DNA of 64,000 nt from Candidatus Limnocylindria bacterium (GCA_046566045.1 JBKHXL010000007.1:31987-95986); one strand, 5' to 3'. Counted from the stretch's first letter, positions 25,030-35,910 are shown. Notes: generated by a model not told the origin, from the letters alone. Translations and numbers: made by a program.

Positions 25030-27303
25030 ATGACCGCCACCCCGTCGCGCCGCCGCCAGCCCAAGAGCGACGGCACCGCCACGCTCGACAGCCCGTCCCG
25101 ACGGGGGCCGCGCCGGGCGCCGGCCATCCCGCACGCGGCCAAGGACGGCACGGTCGATCTCGAGGCGCTTCGGACGGCCCTCCGGACCGCCATCACCGAG
25201 CAGCATCCCAACGCCGATCTCGCGCCGGTCGATCGCGCCTTCGACCTCGCCGTGGACGCCCACGCCGCCCAGCGCCGGGCGACCGGGGAGCCGTACGTCA
25301 CCCACCCGATCGCGAGCGCCCAGATCCTGGCCGAGCTCGGGATCGACCCCGTCGCCATCCAGGCCGCCCTGCTCCACGACGTTCCCGAGGACACCGAGTA
25401 CAGCCTGACCGACGTCGAGGAGCGGTTCGGGGCGGAGGTCGCGCACCTGGTCGACGGCGTGACCAAGCTGTCCCGGCTGTCCACCCACAGCCACGAGCAG
25501 CAGCAGGCGGAGAACATCCGCAAGATGCTGCTGGCGATGGCCCAGGACATCCGGGTCGTGCTCATCAAGCTGGCCGATCGCCTGCACAACATGCGCACGC
25601 TCCACGGGCTGCCGCCCGACAAGCAGCAGCGCATCGCCCGCCAGACGATGGAGATCTACGCCCCGCTGGCCGAGCGCCTGGGCATCTGGCAGATCAAGTG
25701 GGAGCTCGAGGACCTCGCCTTCAAGGTCATCGAGCCGGAGCGCTTCCGCGAGCTGGCCCGGCTGCTCGACACGCGGCGCAAGGGCCGCGAGAGCTACATC
25801 GACCGGGCCATGGCCGAGCTGCTGCCGAAGCTGGAGGCGGCCGGCATCCAGGCCGACGTGCAGGGCCGACCGAAGCACATCTACAGCATCTGGAAGAAGA
25901 TGCAGCGCAAGGGCGCGGAGTTCGGCGAGATCTACGACGTGTACGCCATCCGCCTGCTGGTCGACGAGGTGCGCGACTGCTACGCCGCCCTGGGCATCGT
26001 CCACAGCATCTGGCGGCCCATCCCCGGGCAGTTCGACGACTACATCGCCGTCCCCAAGAACAACCTGTACCAATCGCTCCACACGGCGGTCATCGCGCTC
26101 GACGGCAAGCCGCTCGAGATCCAGATCCGGACGCATCAGATGCACCAGGTGAGCGAGGTCGGCATCGCCGCCCACTGGCGCTACAAGGAAGGCACCAAGT
26201 CGGACCGCGAGTACGACGCCAAGCTGGCCTGGCTGCGCCAGCTGATGGAGTGGCAGCGCGACGTGTCCGAATCGGACGCGACCGAGTTCGTCGAGGGCAT
26301 CAAGCTCGACATCTTCCAGGACCAGGTCTTCGTGTTCACCCCGAAGGGCGACATCAAGGACCTGCCGGCGGGCGCCACGCCGCTCGATTTCGCCTACCGC
26401 ATCCACACCGACGTCGGGCATCGCACGATCGGCTCGAAGGTCAACAACCGGCTGGTGCCGCTCGACTACCGGCTGAAGAACGGCGACATCGTCGAGATCG
26501 TCACGACCAAGGGCGAGCACGGTCCGTCGCGCGACTGGCTGAACGTCGTCCGGACCTCCCACGCGCGCGAGAAGATCCGTCAATGGTTCAAGCGCAAGGA
26601 CCGCGACGAGAACATCGTCCACGGCCGCGAGGCGCTCGAGCGCGAGCTCCGCCGCCTCGCCCGGACCTCGATCTCGGGCGTCGGGGCGGACAAGATCGGG
26701 GAGGTCGCGAAGCAGTACAACTACGAGTCGCTCGACGACTTCTACGCGGCAATCGGCTATGGGGCCGTCGGCGCCCAGTCGGTGGTCATGCGCCTCGGCG
26801 TCGTCGACGATGGCCAGAGCCAGCTGCCCACGGTCGCCCCGCCCCAGCAGGTGGCGCGCTCCGGCGGCGTCCGGGTCAAGGGCGTCGGCGACCTGCTCGT
26901 CCGCTTCGCCAAGTGCTGCAGCCCGATCCCGGGCGACCCCATCCTCGGGTTCATCACCCGGGGCAAGGGCGTCACCGTCCACCTGCGCAGCTGCACCACG
27001 GTGGCCAACGAGCGCGAGGTGAGCCGGCTCATCGAGGTCGAGTGGGAGGCCGCTCCGACCCAGACCTACCCGATCGCCATCCGCGTCGAGGCGTACGACC
27101 GGACAGGCCTGCTCAGCGACATCACCCAGGTCGTGGCCGAGAACAAGGTCAACATCCTGGCCGCCTCGGTCGGGGTCATGCCCGACCACACGGCCGTCGT
27201 CACGGCCACGCTCCAGGTCCACTCCGTGTCGCAGCTGGCCCGGGTGATGAGCCGGATCGAGACGCTCAAGGATGTGCTCAGCGTCCAGCGCGACCTCGGC
27301 TGA
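25030..27303 (+). CDS. rel: Bifunctional (p)ppGpp synthetase/hydrolase (RelA/SpoT homologue)
   Basis: HD hydrolase domain (HPIASAQIL...LLHDVPEDT), synthetase domain (GRPKHIYSIWKKM...YQSLHTAV...EIQIRT), TGS domain (VFVFTPKGD...LP.GATPLDFAY) and a C-terminal ACT domain. Confidence 0.95.
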   Translation: MTATPSRRRQPKSDGTATLDSPSRRGPRRAPAIPHAAKDGTVDLEALRTALRTAITEQHPNADLAPVDRAFDLAVDAHAAQRRATGEPYVTHPIASAQILAELGIDPVAIQAALLHDVPEDTEYSLTDVEERFGAEVAHLVDGVTKLSRLSTHSHEQQQAENIRKMLLAMAQDIRVVLIKLADRLHNMRTLHGLPPDKQQRIARQTMEIYAPLAERLGIWQIKWELEDLAFKVIEPERFRELARLLDTRRKGRESYIDRAMAELLPKLEAAGIQADVQGRPKHIYSIWKKMQRKGAEFGEIYDVYAIRLLVDEVRDCYAALGIVHSIWRPIPGQFDDYIAVPKNNLYQSLHTAVIALDGKPLEIQIRTHQMHQVSEVGIAAHWRYKEGTKSDREYDAKLAWLRQLMEWQRDVSESDATEFVEGIKLDIFQDQVFVFTPKGDIKDLPAGATPLDFAYRIHTDVGHRTIGSKVNNRLVPLDYRLKNGDIVEIVTTKGEHGPSRDWLNVVRTSHAREKIRQWFKRKDRDENIVHGREALERELRRLARTSISGVGADKIGEVAKQYNYESLDDFYAAIGYGAVGAQSVVMRLGVVDDGQSQLPTVAPPQQVARSGGVRVKGVGDLLVRFAKCCSPIPGDPILGFITRGKGVTVHLRSCTTVANEREVSRLIEVEWEAAPTQTYPIAIRVEAYDRTGLLSDITQVVAENKVNILAASVGVMPDHTAVVTATLQVHSVSQLARVMSRIETLKDVLSVQRDLG

Positions 27304-27366
27304 CCCTGGCTCGGGTCACCGCAGGCACCGACCCGACGGGGCGGCCTGAGCGGGGCCGCGCGCCGC

Positions 27367-27372
27367 TAGACT
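27367..27372 (+). promoter_or_regulatory. -10-like TAGACT, 7 nt upstream of the hisS ATG (candidate leaderless promoter)
   Basis: TAGACT at 27367-27372 and ATG at 27380, with no SD. Confidence 0.45.
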
Positions 27373-27379
27373 CCGTGAC

Positions 27380-28714
27380 ATGACCACGTTCCGTGCCGCC
27401 CGCGGCACCCGCGACCTGCTGCCGACCGAGACGCCGCGCTGGACCGCCCTGGAGCGGCTCGCCGACGACCTCGGGACGCGCTACGGCTACCGGCGCATCG
27501 AGACCCCGATGATCGAGCAGACGGCGGTCTTCGAGCGCGGCGTCGGCGAGGTCACCGACATCGTCGAGAAGGAGCTCTTCCGCATCGCCCCGCGGACCGA
27601 GGAGGCCGAGTCGTGGTCGCTCCGGCCGGAGCCGACCGCCGGGATCGTGCGCGCCTACGTCCAGCACGGGATGCAGACCTGGCCGCAGCCGGTGAAGCTG
27701 GCGATGACCGGGCCGATGTTCCGCTACGACCGCCCGCAGGCCGGCCGCTACCGCCAGTTCTGGCAGTTCGACATCGAGGCCATCGGCGACGCGGGGCCCG
27801 CCATCGACGCGGAGATCATCGAGCTCGGGACGCGCTTCTACCGCGATGCCGGCCTGTCGGGCGTCGAGGTCCTGCTCAATTCGATCGGCGACCCGGCCTG
27901 CCGCCCCGCGTACGTCGCCGAGCTGACCGCCTGGTACCGCGCGCGGGCCGGGCGACTGCCGTCGCTGGAGCGCGATCGCCTCGAGCGCAACGTCCTGCGC
28001 CTGCTCGACTCCAAGGATCCCGAGATGGTCGCGCTGAACGCCGACGCGCCGCGCATCACGGAGCGCCTGTGCGCCGCCTGCGCCGCGCACTTCGCCGCCG
28101 TCCAGGAGCACCTCCATGTGCTGGGCGTGCCGTTCCGGCTCGAGCCGGGGCTCGTCCGCGGCCTCGACTACTACACGCGGACCGCCTTCGAGTTCTACGT
28201 CGGTGGCCGGGAGGGCCAGCAGCAGGCCCTCGGCGGGGGCGGACGGTACGACGGCCTCGTCGAGCTGCTCGGCGGGCGGCCCACGCCGGGCATCGGCTTC
28301 GGCATCGGTCTCGACCGGCTCCTGCTGGCGCTCGACGAGCAGGGCGTCGACCCCGTCCCGGAGGTCGCCCCCGTCGCCGTCGTCGTCGGGGCCGACCCGG
28401 ACGACACGGTCGGGCGACTGCGCATCGCGACCGAGCTGCGGGCTGCCGGCATCCCCGCCCGGGCCGAGCTCGGCCGGCGCAAGCTCGGCAAGCAGCTCGA
28501 GAGCGCGGCCCGCGACCAGGCCCACTTCGCGGTCATCCTCGGCGACGAGCTGGCCGGCGGCGACGTCCAGGTCCGCGACCTGCCCGCCGGATCGCAGAAG
28601 GTCGTGCCGGTGGTCGACCTGGCTCGCGAGGTCGTGCGGGCCCACGGCGCGCACCGGCATGGGCTGCCCGAGGACCGTGCCGGGTCGGATCCGGAGGGCG
28701 CTGCGCGTGGCTGA
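27380..28714 (+). CDS. hisS: Histidine--tRNA ligase
   Basis: RGTRDLLP, MFRYDRPQAGRYRQFWQFDIE and GGGRYDGL are class II HisRS motifs. Confidence 0.95.
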   Translation: MTTFRAARGTRDLLPTETPRWTALERLADDLGTRYGYRRIETPMIEQTAVFERGVGEVTDIVEKELFRIAPRTEEAESWSLRPEPTAGIVRAYVQHGMQTWPQPVKLAMTGPMFRYDRPQAGRYRQFWQFDIEAIGDAGPAIDAEIIELGTRFYRDAGLSGVEVLLNSIGDPACRPAYVAELTAWYRARAGRLPSLERDRLERNVLRLLDSKDPEMVALNADAPRITERLCAACAAHFAAVQEHLHVLGVPFRLEPGLVRGLDYYTRTAFEFYVGGREGQQQALGGGGRYDGLVELLGGRPTPGIGFGIGLDRLLLALDEQGVDPVPEVAPVAVVVGADPDDTVGRLRIATELRAAGIPARAELGRRKLGKQLESAARDQAHFAVILGDELAGGDVQVRDLPAGSQKVVPVVDLAREVVRAHGAHRHGLPEDRAGSDPEGAARG

Positions 28715-29492
28715 CGCGGAGCGCGGGCCGCTGCCGTCGTCCCTGCGCGAGCACGAGCGGCGCAACCAGGCCGAGTGGGATGCCGATGCGGATGCGTACC
28801 AGGCGCGCCATGCGGCCCAGTTGGCGACCCACCACGGCCTCGCCTGGGGCGTCTTCCAGATCCCCGAGGCGGAGCTGGGCATCCTGGGTGATGTCGCCGG
28901 CAGGGATGTGCTGGAGCTCGGCTGTGGCGCCGCCCAGTGGTCGATCGCGCTGGCCGGACTCGGCGCGCGGCCGGTCGGCCTCGATCTGTCGGCGCGGCAG
29001 CTGGAGCACGCCCGACGGGCCCAGCGGGTGGCCGGTGTCGAGTTCCCGCTCGTCCATGCCAGCGCGGAAGCGGTCCCGTTGCCCGCCGCCAGCTTCGACA
29101 TCGTCTTCTGCGACCACGGGGCGATGACCTTCGCCGACCCGTACCGCACGGTGCCCGAGGTGGCCCGCCTGCTGCGGCCCGGCGGGCTGTTCGCGTTCAG
29201 CCAGGGGTCGACCATCGCCGACCTGTGCTGGCCGCCCGACGCCGATGCGCCGTCCGACCGGCTCGTGCTCGACTACTTCGGGCTGCGCCGCATCGAGGAG
29301 GACGACTCGGTCATCTTCCAGCTGCCGTACGGCGAGTGGATCCGGCTGTTCCGGGCGAACGGGTTCGAGATCCTCGACCTCGTGGAGCCCCAGCCGCCGG
29401 CCGGCGCCACGAGCTCGTATCGGGATGCCGCGACCATCGCCTGGTCGCGCCGCTGGCCGGGCGAGTCGATCTGGCGGCTGCGCCGGGTCTGA
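28707..29492 (+). CDS. Class I SAM-dependent methyltransferase
   Basis: Motif I VLELGCGAAQWSIALAGLGARPVGLDLS. The GTG start overlaps the hisS 3' end by 8 nt. Confidence 0.8.
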   Translation: MADAERGPLPSSLREHERRNQAEWDADADAYQARHAAQLATHHGLAWGVFQIPEAELGILGDVAGRDVLELGCGAAQWSIALAGLGARPVGLDLSARQLEHARRAQRVAGVEFPLVHASAEAVPLPAASFDIVFCDHGAMTFADPYRTVPEVARLLRPGGLFAFSQGSTIADLCWPPDADAPSDRLVLDYFGLRRIEEDDSVIFQLPYGEWIRLFRANGFEILDLVEPQPPAGATSSYRDAATIAWSRRWPGESIWRLRRV

Positions 29493-29558
29493 CGCTCGAC
29501 GGCGTTGACCGGCGGGCGTACGCTGGTAGCGGATGCCACCCGGCACCGGAGGCAGACC

Positions 29559-29834
29559 ATGCAGATCCAGCCATTCCCGGCGACCGTCCTGCGCGCTCCC
29601 GCACCGAGCGCCAGCTGCACGTGTCAGCACTGGGTCCACTGCGACCACGCGTGTCACCACCGCGACTGCGATCCGACCCTCAACGCGTGCGACCTGACCT
29701 TCCTGCCCGACGAGGGCGGCCTGACCCCGTGGGGCTGCCGCGAATGCACGCCCGGGGAAGGCATGGCCCACGTCCTGGGCTGCGAGCTGATCGGCTGGAA
29801 CGTCCCGGCCACGGGCGGCGCGTCCCGTCAGTAG
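29559..29834 (+). CDS. Small Cys/His-rich protein (91 aa), function unknown
   Basis: GGAGG at 29548-29552, 6 nt before ATG 29559. High GC3. 9 Cys and 7 His, clustered as CTCQHWVHCDHACHHRDCD...ACD...GCRECTPGEGMAHVLGCE. Confidence 0.55.
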   Translation: MQIQPFPATVLRAPAPSASCTCQHWVHCDHACHHRDCDPTLNACDLTFLPDEGGLTPWGCRECTPGEGMAHVLGCELIGWNVPATGGASRQ

Positions 29835-30193
29835 GTGACGACCCGGTCGGCGAGCACCATCAGCTCGATCAGGCGGCTGGGTGGGGCCATCGTCACCGGC
29901 AGACCGGCGAGCTGATCGACGGTCAGGCCTCGGGCCTTGCTGGACATGCCCGACGCGTGCAGGGTGACGCCGCCCGCGACGAGGGCGTCGACGTGCTCAC
30001 GGAGTGACCCCGTGCCGATGCCGTGCCCGGCATCGAGGGTCTCCGGTCGAAGGAGGCCCACGCCGTCCCCGGCGATGAACACCTCGACGGCGTGCCCGGC
30101 CTCGAGCGCGGTGCGGGCGACGAGGAGTCCGAGGGCGGCGCGGGTCGGGTTCTCGGGCCCGCAGACGATGTGGACGAGGATGGTGCTGCGCAT
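29828..30193 (-). CDS. DsrE/DsrF-like family protein
   Basis: 121 aa: ILVHIVCGPENPTRAALGLLVARTALEAGHAVEVFIAGDGV... A strong SD (GAAGGAGGA) precedes ATG 30193. The 3' end overlaps the convergent Cys/His-rich ORF by 7 nt. Confidence 0.7.
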   Translation of the reverse strand: MRSTILVHIVCGPENPTRAALGLLVARTALEAGHAVEVFIAGDGVGLLRPETLDAGHGIGTGSLREHVDALVAGGVTLHASGMSSKARGLTVDQLAGLPVTMAPPSRLIELMVLADRVVTY

Positions 30194-30250
30194 GCGGTCC
30201 TCCTTCGGTGGGGTCGGCGGGCGAAGCGGTGGGTGGGCCGCTCCGTCGAC

Positions 30251-30256
30251 TACCAT
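30251..30256 (+). promoter_or_regulatory. -10-like TACCAT, 9 nt upstream of the aspS ATG; its complement gives TATGGT for the divergent DsrE-like gene
   Basis: The + strand reads taccata at 30251-30257, and the - strand reads TATGGT across 30252-30257. The aspS ATG is at 30266. Confidence 0.35.
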
Positions 30257-30265
30257 ACGGCGGCC

Positions 30266-32134
30266 ATGACGACCGCCGCCAGCCTCGCCACGCCCTATCG
30301 CAGCCACACGTGCGGACAGCTCCGCGCGACCGATGGCGGGGCCACCGCCAGGCTCGCTGGCTGGGTCCACCGTCGGCGCGATCATGGTCAGCTCATCTTC
30401 CTGGACCTGCGTGACCGGCACGGGATCACCCAGGTCGTCATCGACCAGGCCGACGCGCCCGATGCCCACGCCGTCGCCAGCCGCGTCCGCAGCGAGTTCG
30501 TGGTCGCCGTCGAGGGCGAGGTGGCGCCGCGCCTGCCCGGGACCGAGAACGCGAAGCTGCCGACCGGGGCGATCGAGCTGCGAGCGGGTGCCGTCAGGAT
30601 CCTGTCCGAGGCCAGGACGCCGCCGTTCTACATCAACGACCCGGACGCGCCTGTCGACGAGATCCTGCGCCTCAAGCACCGCTACCTCGACATCCGTCGC
30701 CAGCCGATGGCCGAGCGGCTGCTCCTGCGCAGCCGGATGGTCCAGGCCATCCGCGAGGTCCACCACGCCAGCGGCTTCGTCGAGGTCGAGACGCCGACCC
30801 TGATCAAGAGCACGCCCGAGGGCGCTCGCGATTTCATCGTCCCGAGCCGCCTCCAGCCGGGCAGCGTCTACGCCCTGCCCCAGAGCCCCCAGCAGCTCAA
30901 GCAGCTGCTCATGGTCGCCGGCATCGACCGATACTTCCAGATCGCGCGCTGCTACCGGGACGAGGATCTGCGCGGCGACCGCCAGCCGGAGTTCACCCAG
31001 CTCGACCTGGAGATGAGCTTCGTCGACGAGGCGGCCGTGATGGACTTCGTCGAACGGATGGCCATCGAGGTCTCGCGGGCGACCGTCCCGGACCGTCCCA
31101 TCGCCACGGTCCCGTTCCCGCGCTTCACGTTCGAGGAGGTCATCGAGCGGTACGGCTCCGACAAGCCGGACGTCCGCTTCGAGATGGAGCTCGTGGACCT
31201 GGCGCCGGCACTGGGCGATGCATCCGGCTTCACGGTCTTCGACGACGCGCTGGCCTCCGGTGGCCGGGTGAAGGCCATCGTGGCGCCCGGGATGGGCGGC
31301 ATCACCCGGCGCGAGATCGACGAGCTGACCGAGCGCGCCAAGCGGTTCGGTGCCCGGGGCCTGGCCTACCTGGCCATCGAGCCCGGCGGCGAGCTCAAGG
31401 GGCCCGTCGCCAGGTTCCTCACCGACGAGGCGAAGGCGGCCGTGGTGACCTTGGCCCGGGCAGGGGAGGGCGACCTCATCCTGATCGTCGCCGACGCGCC
31501 GGACACGACCGCCGACGTGCTCGGCCGCCTGCGGGTCGCGCTCGGGGAGCGCCTCGGCCTGGCCGATCCGAACGTGCTCAGCTACGTCTGGGTCAACCGC
31601 TTCCCGATGTACCGGTGGGACGAGGAGCACGGGCGCTGGGACGCCACGCACAACCCGTTCAGCGGGGTCGTCCCGGAGGACGAGGCGCTGCTGGTGACCG
31701 CCTCCGGCGATCCGGCCCGGCCGTCGCCGGACGACCCCGCGGGCCGTGCCCACGCCCAGCAGTACGACCTGGCCCTCAATGGCTGGGAGCTCGGTGGCGG
31801 GTCGGTCCGGATCCACCAGCGCGACCTGCTCGAGCGCAGCTTCCTGCTCCAGGGCCAGTCGATGGAGGGGATGCGCGAGAAGTTCGGGGCCATCCTGGAC
31901 GCATTCGAGTACGGCGCCCCGCCGCACGGCGGGATCGCCCTCGGGATCGACCGCTGGGCGGCCCTCCTGGCGAAGCAGACGAACATCCGCGAGGTGATGG
32001 CCTTCCCCAAGACGCAGTCGGGCAGCGACCCGATGCTCGAGGCCCCATCGGCGCCCGACCCCGAGCAGTTCGAGGAGCTCGGCCTGCGCTTCGTGGGCCC
32101 GCCGGCGCAGGCGCCCCGCCCCGACGGCGGCTGA
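30266..32134 (+). CDS. aspS: Aspartate--tRNA ligase
   Basis: OB-fold N-terminus (GWVHRRRDHGQLIFLDLRDRHG) and class II motifs (FQIARCYRDEDLRGDRQPEFTQLD, GGGSVRIH, PPHGGIALGIDR). Confidence 0.95.
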   Translation: MTTAASLATPYRSHTCGQLRATDGGATARLAGWVHRRRDHGQLIFLDLRDRHGITQVVIDQADAPDAHAVASRVRSEFVVAVEGEVAPRLPGTENAKLPTGAIELRAGAVRILSEARTPPFYINDPDAPVDEILRLKHRYLDIRRQPMAERLLLRSRMVQAIREVHHASGFVEVETPTLIKSTPEGARDFIVPSRLQPGSVYALPQSPQQLKQLLMVAGIDRYFQIARCYRDEDLRGDRQPEFTQLDLEMSFVDEAAVMDFVERMAIEVSRATVPDRPIATVPFPRFTFEEVIERYGSDKPDVRFEMELVDLAPALGDASGFTVFDDALASGGRVKAIVAPGMGGITRREIDELTERAKRFGARGLAYLAIEPGGELKGPVARFLTDEAKAAVVTLARAGEGDLILIVADAPDTTADVLGRLRVALGERLGLADPNVLSYVWVNRFPMYRWDEEHGRWDATHNPFSGVVPEDEALLVTASGDPARPSPDDPAGRAHAQQYDLALNGWELGGGSVRIHQRDLLERSFLLQGQSMEGMREKFGAILDAFEYGAPPHGGIALGIDRWAALLAKQTNIREVMAFPKTQSGSDPMLEAPSAPDPEQFEELGLRFVGPPAQAPRPDGG

Positions 32135-32144
32135 GGCCGGTCCG

Positions 32145-33131
32145 GTGGCCGACGCGCCGACGGGCTCGGCGCCGACCGGGACGACCGACCTCGGCATCGG
32201 CCTGCTTGACGCCATCGCCCGCCGGCCGCGGCTGGCGGCCCTGATCGGGGCGCTGAGCATCGCCTTCTCTGGGATCCTGTATCGCTACGCGGAGGTGTCG
32301 CCGTCCACCGGCACGGTCTACCGCGCCCTGTTCGGCCTGCCCCTGCTGGCGTTGGTGGCGTACGCCGAGCGTCGACGGTTCGGGCCGCTGCCGGGCCGGG
32401 CTCGACGGCTGGCCGTCCTGGCGGGCGTGTTCTTCGCCGGCGACCTGCTGTTCTGGCACCACGCCATCGAGTTCGTGGGCGCCGGCCTCGCGACCGTCCT
32501 GGGCAACCTGCAGGTCATCATCGTGGGCATCGTCGCGTGGCTGTTCCTCGGGGAGCGGCCGTCGCGGACGACGCTCCTGGCCCTGCCCGTGGTGCTCCTC
32601 GGCATCGTCCTCATCTCCGGCGCGATCGGCGGCGACGCGTACGGCAAGGACCCGGCCCTCGGGGTCGTGCTCGGCATCGCGACGGCGGTGTGCTACAGCG
32701 GCTACCTGCTGCTCATCCGCATCGGCGGTCGGGATCCGCGTCGACCGGCCGGGCCCGTCGCCATCGCCACGGTGGCGGTCGCCCTGACGGCCTCGCTGAT
32801 GGGCGCGCTCGGCGGCGACATCGACCCGGTCCCGGCCCCGGCCAGCCTGTTCTGGCTGGCCATGCTCGGCATCACCTCGCAGTCGATCGGCTACCTGCTC
32901 ATCTCGATCTCGCTGCCGCGCCTGCCGGCGGTCATCACGTCGGTCATCCTGCTCGCCCAGCCACCGACGACCGTGGTCCTGGGCATCGTGCTGCTCGCGG
33001 AACGACCGTCGCTGGTGCAGCTCGTGGGCGTCGGTCTCGTGCTCGGCGGGATCGCCATCGCGACCGTGCCGGTGGCGCGCCTGCGCGATGGTCTCGGGTC
33101 CAGGCGCTCCAGGATCCCTGATCGAGCCTGA
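32145..33131 (+). CDS. DMT-superfamily (EamA-like) transporter
   Basis: About 10 predicted TM helices in two halves, a typical EamA duplication. GTG start. Confidence 0.8.
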   Translation: MADAPTGSAPTGTTDLGIGLLDAIARRPRLAALIGALSIAFSGILYRYAEVSPSTGTVYRALFGLPLLALVAYAERRRFGPLPGRARRLAVLAGVFFAGDLLFWHHAIEFVGAGLATVLGNLQVIIVGIVAWLFLGERPSRTTLLALPVVLLGIVLISGAIGGDAYGKDPALGVVLGIATAVCYSGYLLLIRIGGRDPRRPAGPVAIATVAVALTASLMGALGGDIDPVPAPASLFWLAMLGITSQSIGYLLISISLPRLPAVITSVILLAQPPTTVVLGIVLLAERPSLVQLVGVGLVLGGIAIATVPVARLRDGLGSRRSRIPDRA

Positions 33132-33152
33132 CGGCCCGCGGCGTCCGCTCGG

Positions 33153-33824
33153 TCAGTCGAGCTGGGCGGGGGCGGGCGGCAGGCCGGCTTCGGTGGCGAC
33201 GTCCTCGCCCCATTCGTGGGTGTGGCCGGCGGGCGGATCGGGCGGGCCCTCGTAGGCCGGCATCTCGTGGTACGGCGTGTCGGTGTCGTGGGTCACGCCC
33301 GGGTCACCGAGGTCGACGGTCCGCGTCGGGAGCGTGGCGGCGAGGGCGGCGACGACCGCCGCGGGGGAGGCGCCGGCGCCGACCGTGCCGAGGGCGCCCG
33401 CAGCGGCCACCGGCAGGAGCACCGGCCAGCCGGCCTCGTCGCGCCAGACCGGGCGCAGCATCGTGTCGGGCTGGACCCCGTGGGCCTCGATCAGCGAGGT
33501 CACGGTCTCGGGTCCGACCCACGCCATGTCGGCCGGCCAGAGCAACACGGCGGTCGTGCCCCGCACGTCGTCGATGGCGAGCTCGATGCCGCGCTGCATC
33601 TGCCCGGCCGGGCCGGTCTCGAGCGGCGCGGGCTGGGCATGGATCGCCTCGGCGCCGGTCAGGGCCCGAGCGACGCTGCCGTCGGCATCCGGCGCCAGGA
33701 CGATGACCGGCATCGCCCCGCCCGACCAGGCGAGGTCCGCCAGGCGGCGCACGCGGGGCTGGCCGAGGGCATCGGCCAGGGCGGCATCGGTGGTCGGGGC
33801 GAGGATCACGGCGGCGACGGTCAT
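33153..33824 (-). CDS. MobA-like NTP-transferase-domain protein with a Pro-rich C-terminal extension
   Basis: VAAVILAP...[10 protein letters not shown]...[11 protein letters not shown] resembles a MobA/NTP_transf_3 fold but lacks a clean GxG signature. ATG at 33824-33822. Confidence 0.5.
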   Translation of the reverse strand: MTVAAVILAPTTDAALADALGQPRVRRLADLAWSGGAMPVIVLAPDADGSVARALTGAEAIHAQPAPLETGPAGQMQRGIELAIDDVRGTTAVLLWPADMAWVGPETVTSLIEAHGVQPDTMLRPVWRDEAGWPVLLPVAAAGALGTVGAGASPAAVVAALAATLPTRTVDLGDPGVTHDTDTPYHEMPAYEGPPDPPAGHTHEWGEDVATEAGLPPAPAQLD

Positions 33825-33953
33825 GGGTCCGATGCTAGCAGGGCCTGCCCGGTCGCCGTTCGGGCGCGTGGTGAGCACGGGCGCTCGCCCCCGGATCGGA
33901 GGTTCCGTGGGACAATCGGCCGCCGACCCGCCCATCCGGAGACCTGCCCCACC

Positions 33954-35888
33954 GTGCCCGACGCCCGCACCGACACCCGCCCCGCCGCGACCGCGAGGTC
34001 GCGGGCCGACCTTCGCAACGTGGCCATCGTGGCGCACGTGGACCACGGCAAGACCACGCTCGTGGACGCGATGCTGCGCCAGACCGGCGCCTTCCGGGCC
34101 AGCGCCGCGATCGTCGACCGCGTCATGGACTCTGGCGACCTCGAGCGCGAGAAGGGCATCACGATCCTGGCCAAGCAGACGGCCATCGACTACGCCGACA
34201 TCCGGCTCAACCTCGTCGACCCGCCCGGTCACGCCGACTTCGGCGGCGAGGTCGAGCGGAGCCTGCTCATGGTCGACAGCGTCCTGCTCCTCGTCGATGC
34301 CGCCGAGGGCCCGCTGCCGCAGACGCGCTACGTGCTCCAGAAGGCGATGGCGCGGCGCCTGCCGGTCATCGTCGCCCTCAACAAGATCGACCGCTCCGAT
34401 GCCCGCCCGGCCGAGGTCCTCGACGACGTCTACGAGCTGTTCATGGACCTCGGCGCGGACGAGCACCAGATCGAGTTCCCGGTCGTGTACACCAACGCCA
34501 GGGCCGGCACCGCTACGACCGATCTCGACGACCCGGGCGAGGACCTCCGACCCCTGCTCGACCTGCTCGTGGACGTGACGCCGCCGCCGACCTACGCGCC
34601 CGATCACCCGCTCCAGCTGCTGGTCACGAACCTGTCGGCCAACGAGTACGTCGGCCGGATGGCCGTCGGGCGGATCTGGAACGGGACGATCCGCCTGGGC
34701 CAGCGGGTCACCGTGGTGCGCGAGGAGGCCGACGACACGGCCGGGGTCGTCGAGCCGGGCAGGACCGTCACGCTGAGCGGCACCGTGACCAGCCTGCAGA
34801 CCGCCCGCGGCATCGAGCGCATCGACATCCAGGAGGCGAGCGCCGGCGACATCGTGAGCGTGGCCGGCCTGCCCGAGGTGACGATCGGCGACACGCTCAC
34901 CGACCCGTCCGACCCGCGCCCGCTGCCCCGCCTCGACGTGGATGCGCCGACGCTGCGGATGACCTTCGGCGTCAACTCCTCGCCGCTGGCCGGGCGCGAG
35001 GGCAAGTACGTGACGAGCCGGCAGATCAAGGCCCGCCTGGAGAAGGAGGTCCTGGGCAACGTCTCGATCGAGGTCCGGCCGTCCGGATCGAGCGAGGCGT
35101 TCGAGGTGCGCGGTCGGGGCGAGCTCCAGCTGGCCGTCCTCATCGAGCAGATGCGGCGCGAGGGCTTCGAGCTGACCGCGTCCCGTCCGGAGGTGCTGCT
35201 GCGGACCGTGGACGGCGAGGTCCACGAGCCGTACGAGCGCGTGACCATCGACATCCCGCCCGACTACATCGGCGAGGTCCAGGGGGCGATGGCCGGCCGC
35301 AAGGGACGCCTGGAGCAGATGAGCACCGACACCGACGGCCGGGTCCGCCTGGAGTACGTGCTGCCCGTCCGGGGCCTCATCGGCTACCGCGGCCAGCTCC
35401 TGACCGATACGCGCGGGACCGCCCTGCTGCACCAGATCGGCGAGGGCTACGGGCCATGGGCCGGCGAGGTCACCCACCGTACCAACGGCGTGCTGGTCAG
35501 CGACCGGGCCGGGACGAGCAACGCCTACGGCCTGTTCAACCTCGAGCAGCGGGCCGAGCTGTTCATCGGCGCGGGGGTCGAGGTCTACGAGGGCATGATC
35601 GTCGGCGAGAACAGCCGGTCGGGGGACATGGACGTCAATCCGACCAAGGAGAAGAAGCTCACCAACATCCGGACGCATTCGCACGACGAGTCGCTGCGCC
35701 TGACGCCGGCCCGCCCGGTCACGCTCGAGACCGCCCTCGAGTTCATCTCGGATGACGAGCTGGTGGAGGTGACCCCGCAGTCGATCAGGCTGCGCAAGCG
35801 ACTCCTGGCCAGGACGGACCGCGAACGCGAGCGCGGCCGGGCCTACGACCTGTCCCGCATCCAGGAGCGCGAGGCCGACGCCCGCTGA
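33954..35888 (+). CDS. typA: Translational GTPase TypA/BipA
   Basis: [26 protein letters not shown]-type motif ([13 protein letters not shown]), NKIDR, and EF-G-like domains III/V. GTG 33954 is the only in-frame start. Confidence 0.95.
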   Translation: MPDARTDTRPAATARSRADLRNVAIVAHVDHGKTTLVDAMLRQTGAFRASAAIVDRVMDSGDLEREKGITILAKQTAIDYADIRLNLVDPPGHADFGGEVERSLLMVDSVLLLVDAAEGPLPQTRYVLQKAMARRLPVIVALNKIDRSDARPAEVLDDVYELFMDLGADEHQIEFPVVYTNARAGTATTDLDDPGEDLRPLLDLLVDVTPPPTYAPDHPLQLLVTNLSANEYVGRMAVGRIWNGTIRLGQRVTVVREEADDTAGVVEPGRTVTLSGTVTSLQTARGIERIDIQEASAGDIVSVAGLPEVTIGDTLTDPSDPRPLPRLDVDAPTLRMTFGVNSSPLAGREGKYVTSRQIKARLEKEVLGNVSIEVRPSGSSEAFEVRGRGELQLAVLIEQMRREGFELTASRPEVLLRTVDGEVHEPYERVTIDIPPDYIGEVQGAMAGRKGRLEQMSTDTDGRVRLEYVLPVRGLIGYRGQLLTDTRGTALLHQIGEGYGPWAGEVTHRTNGVLVSDRAGTSNAYGLFNLEQRAELFIGAGVEVYEGMIVGENSRSGDMDVNPTKEKKLTNIRTHSHDESLRLTPARPVTLETALEFISDDELVEVTPQSIRLRKRLLARTDRERERGRAYDLSRIQEREADAR

Positions 35889-35910
35889 GCGGGCGCGGAT
35901 GGAGGTCGCC

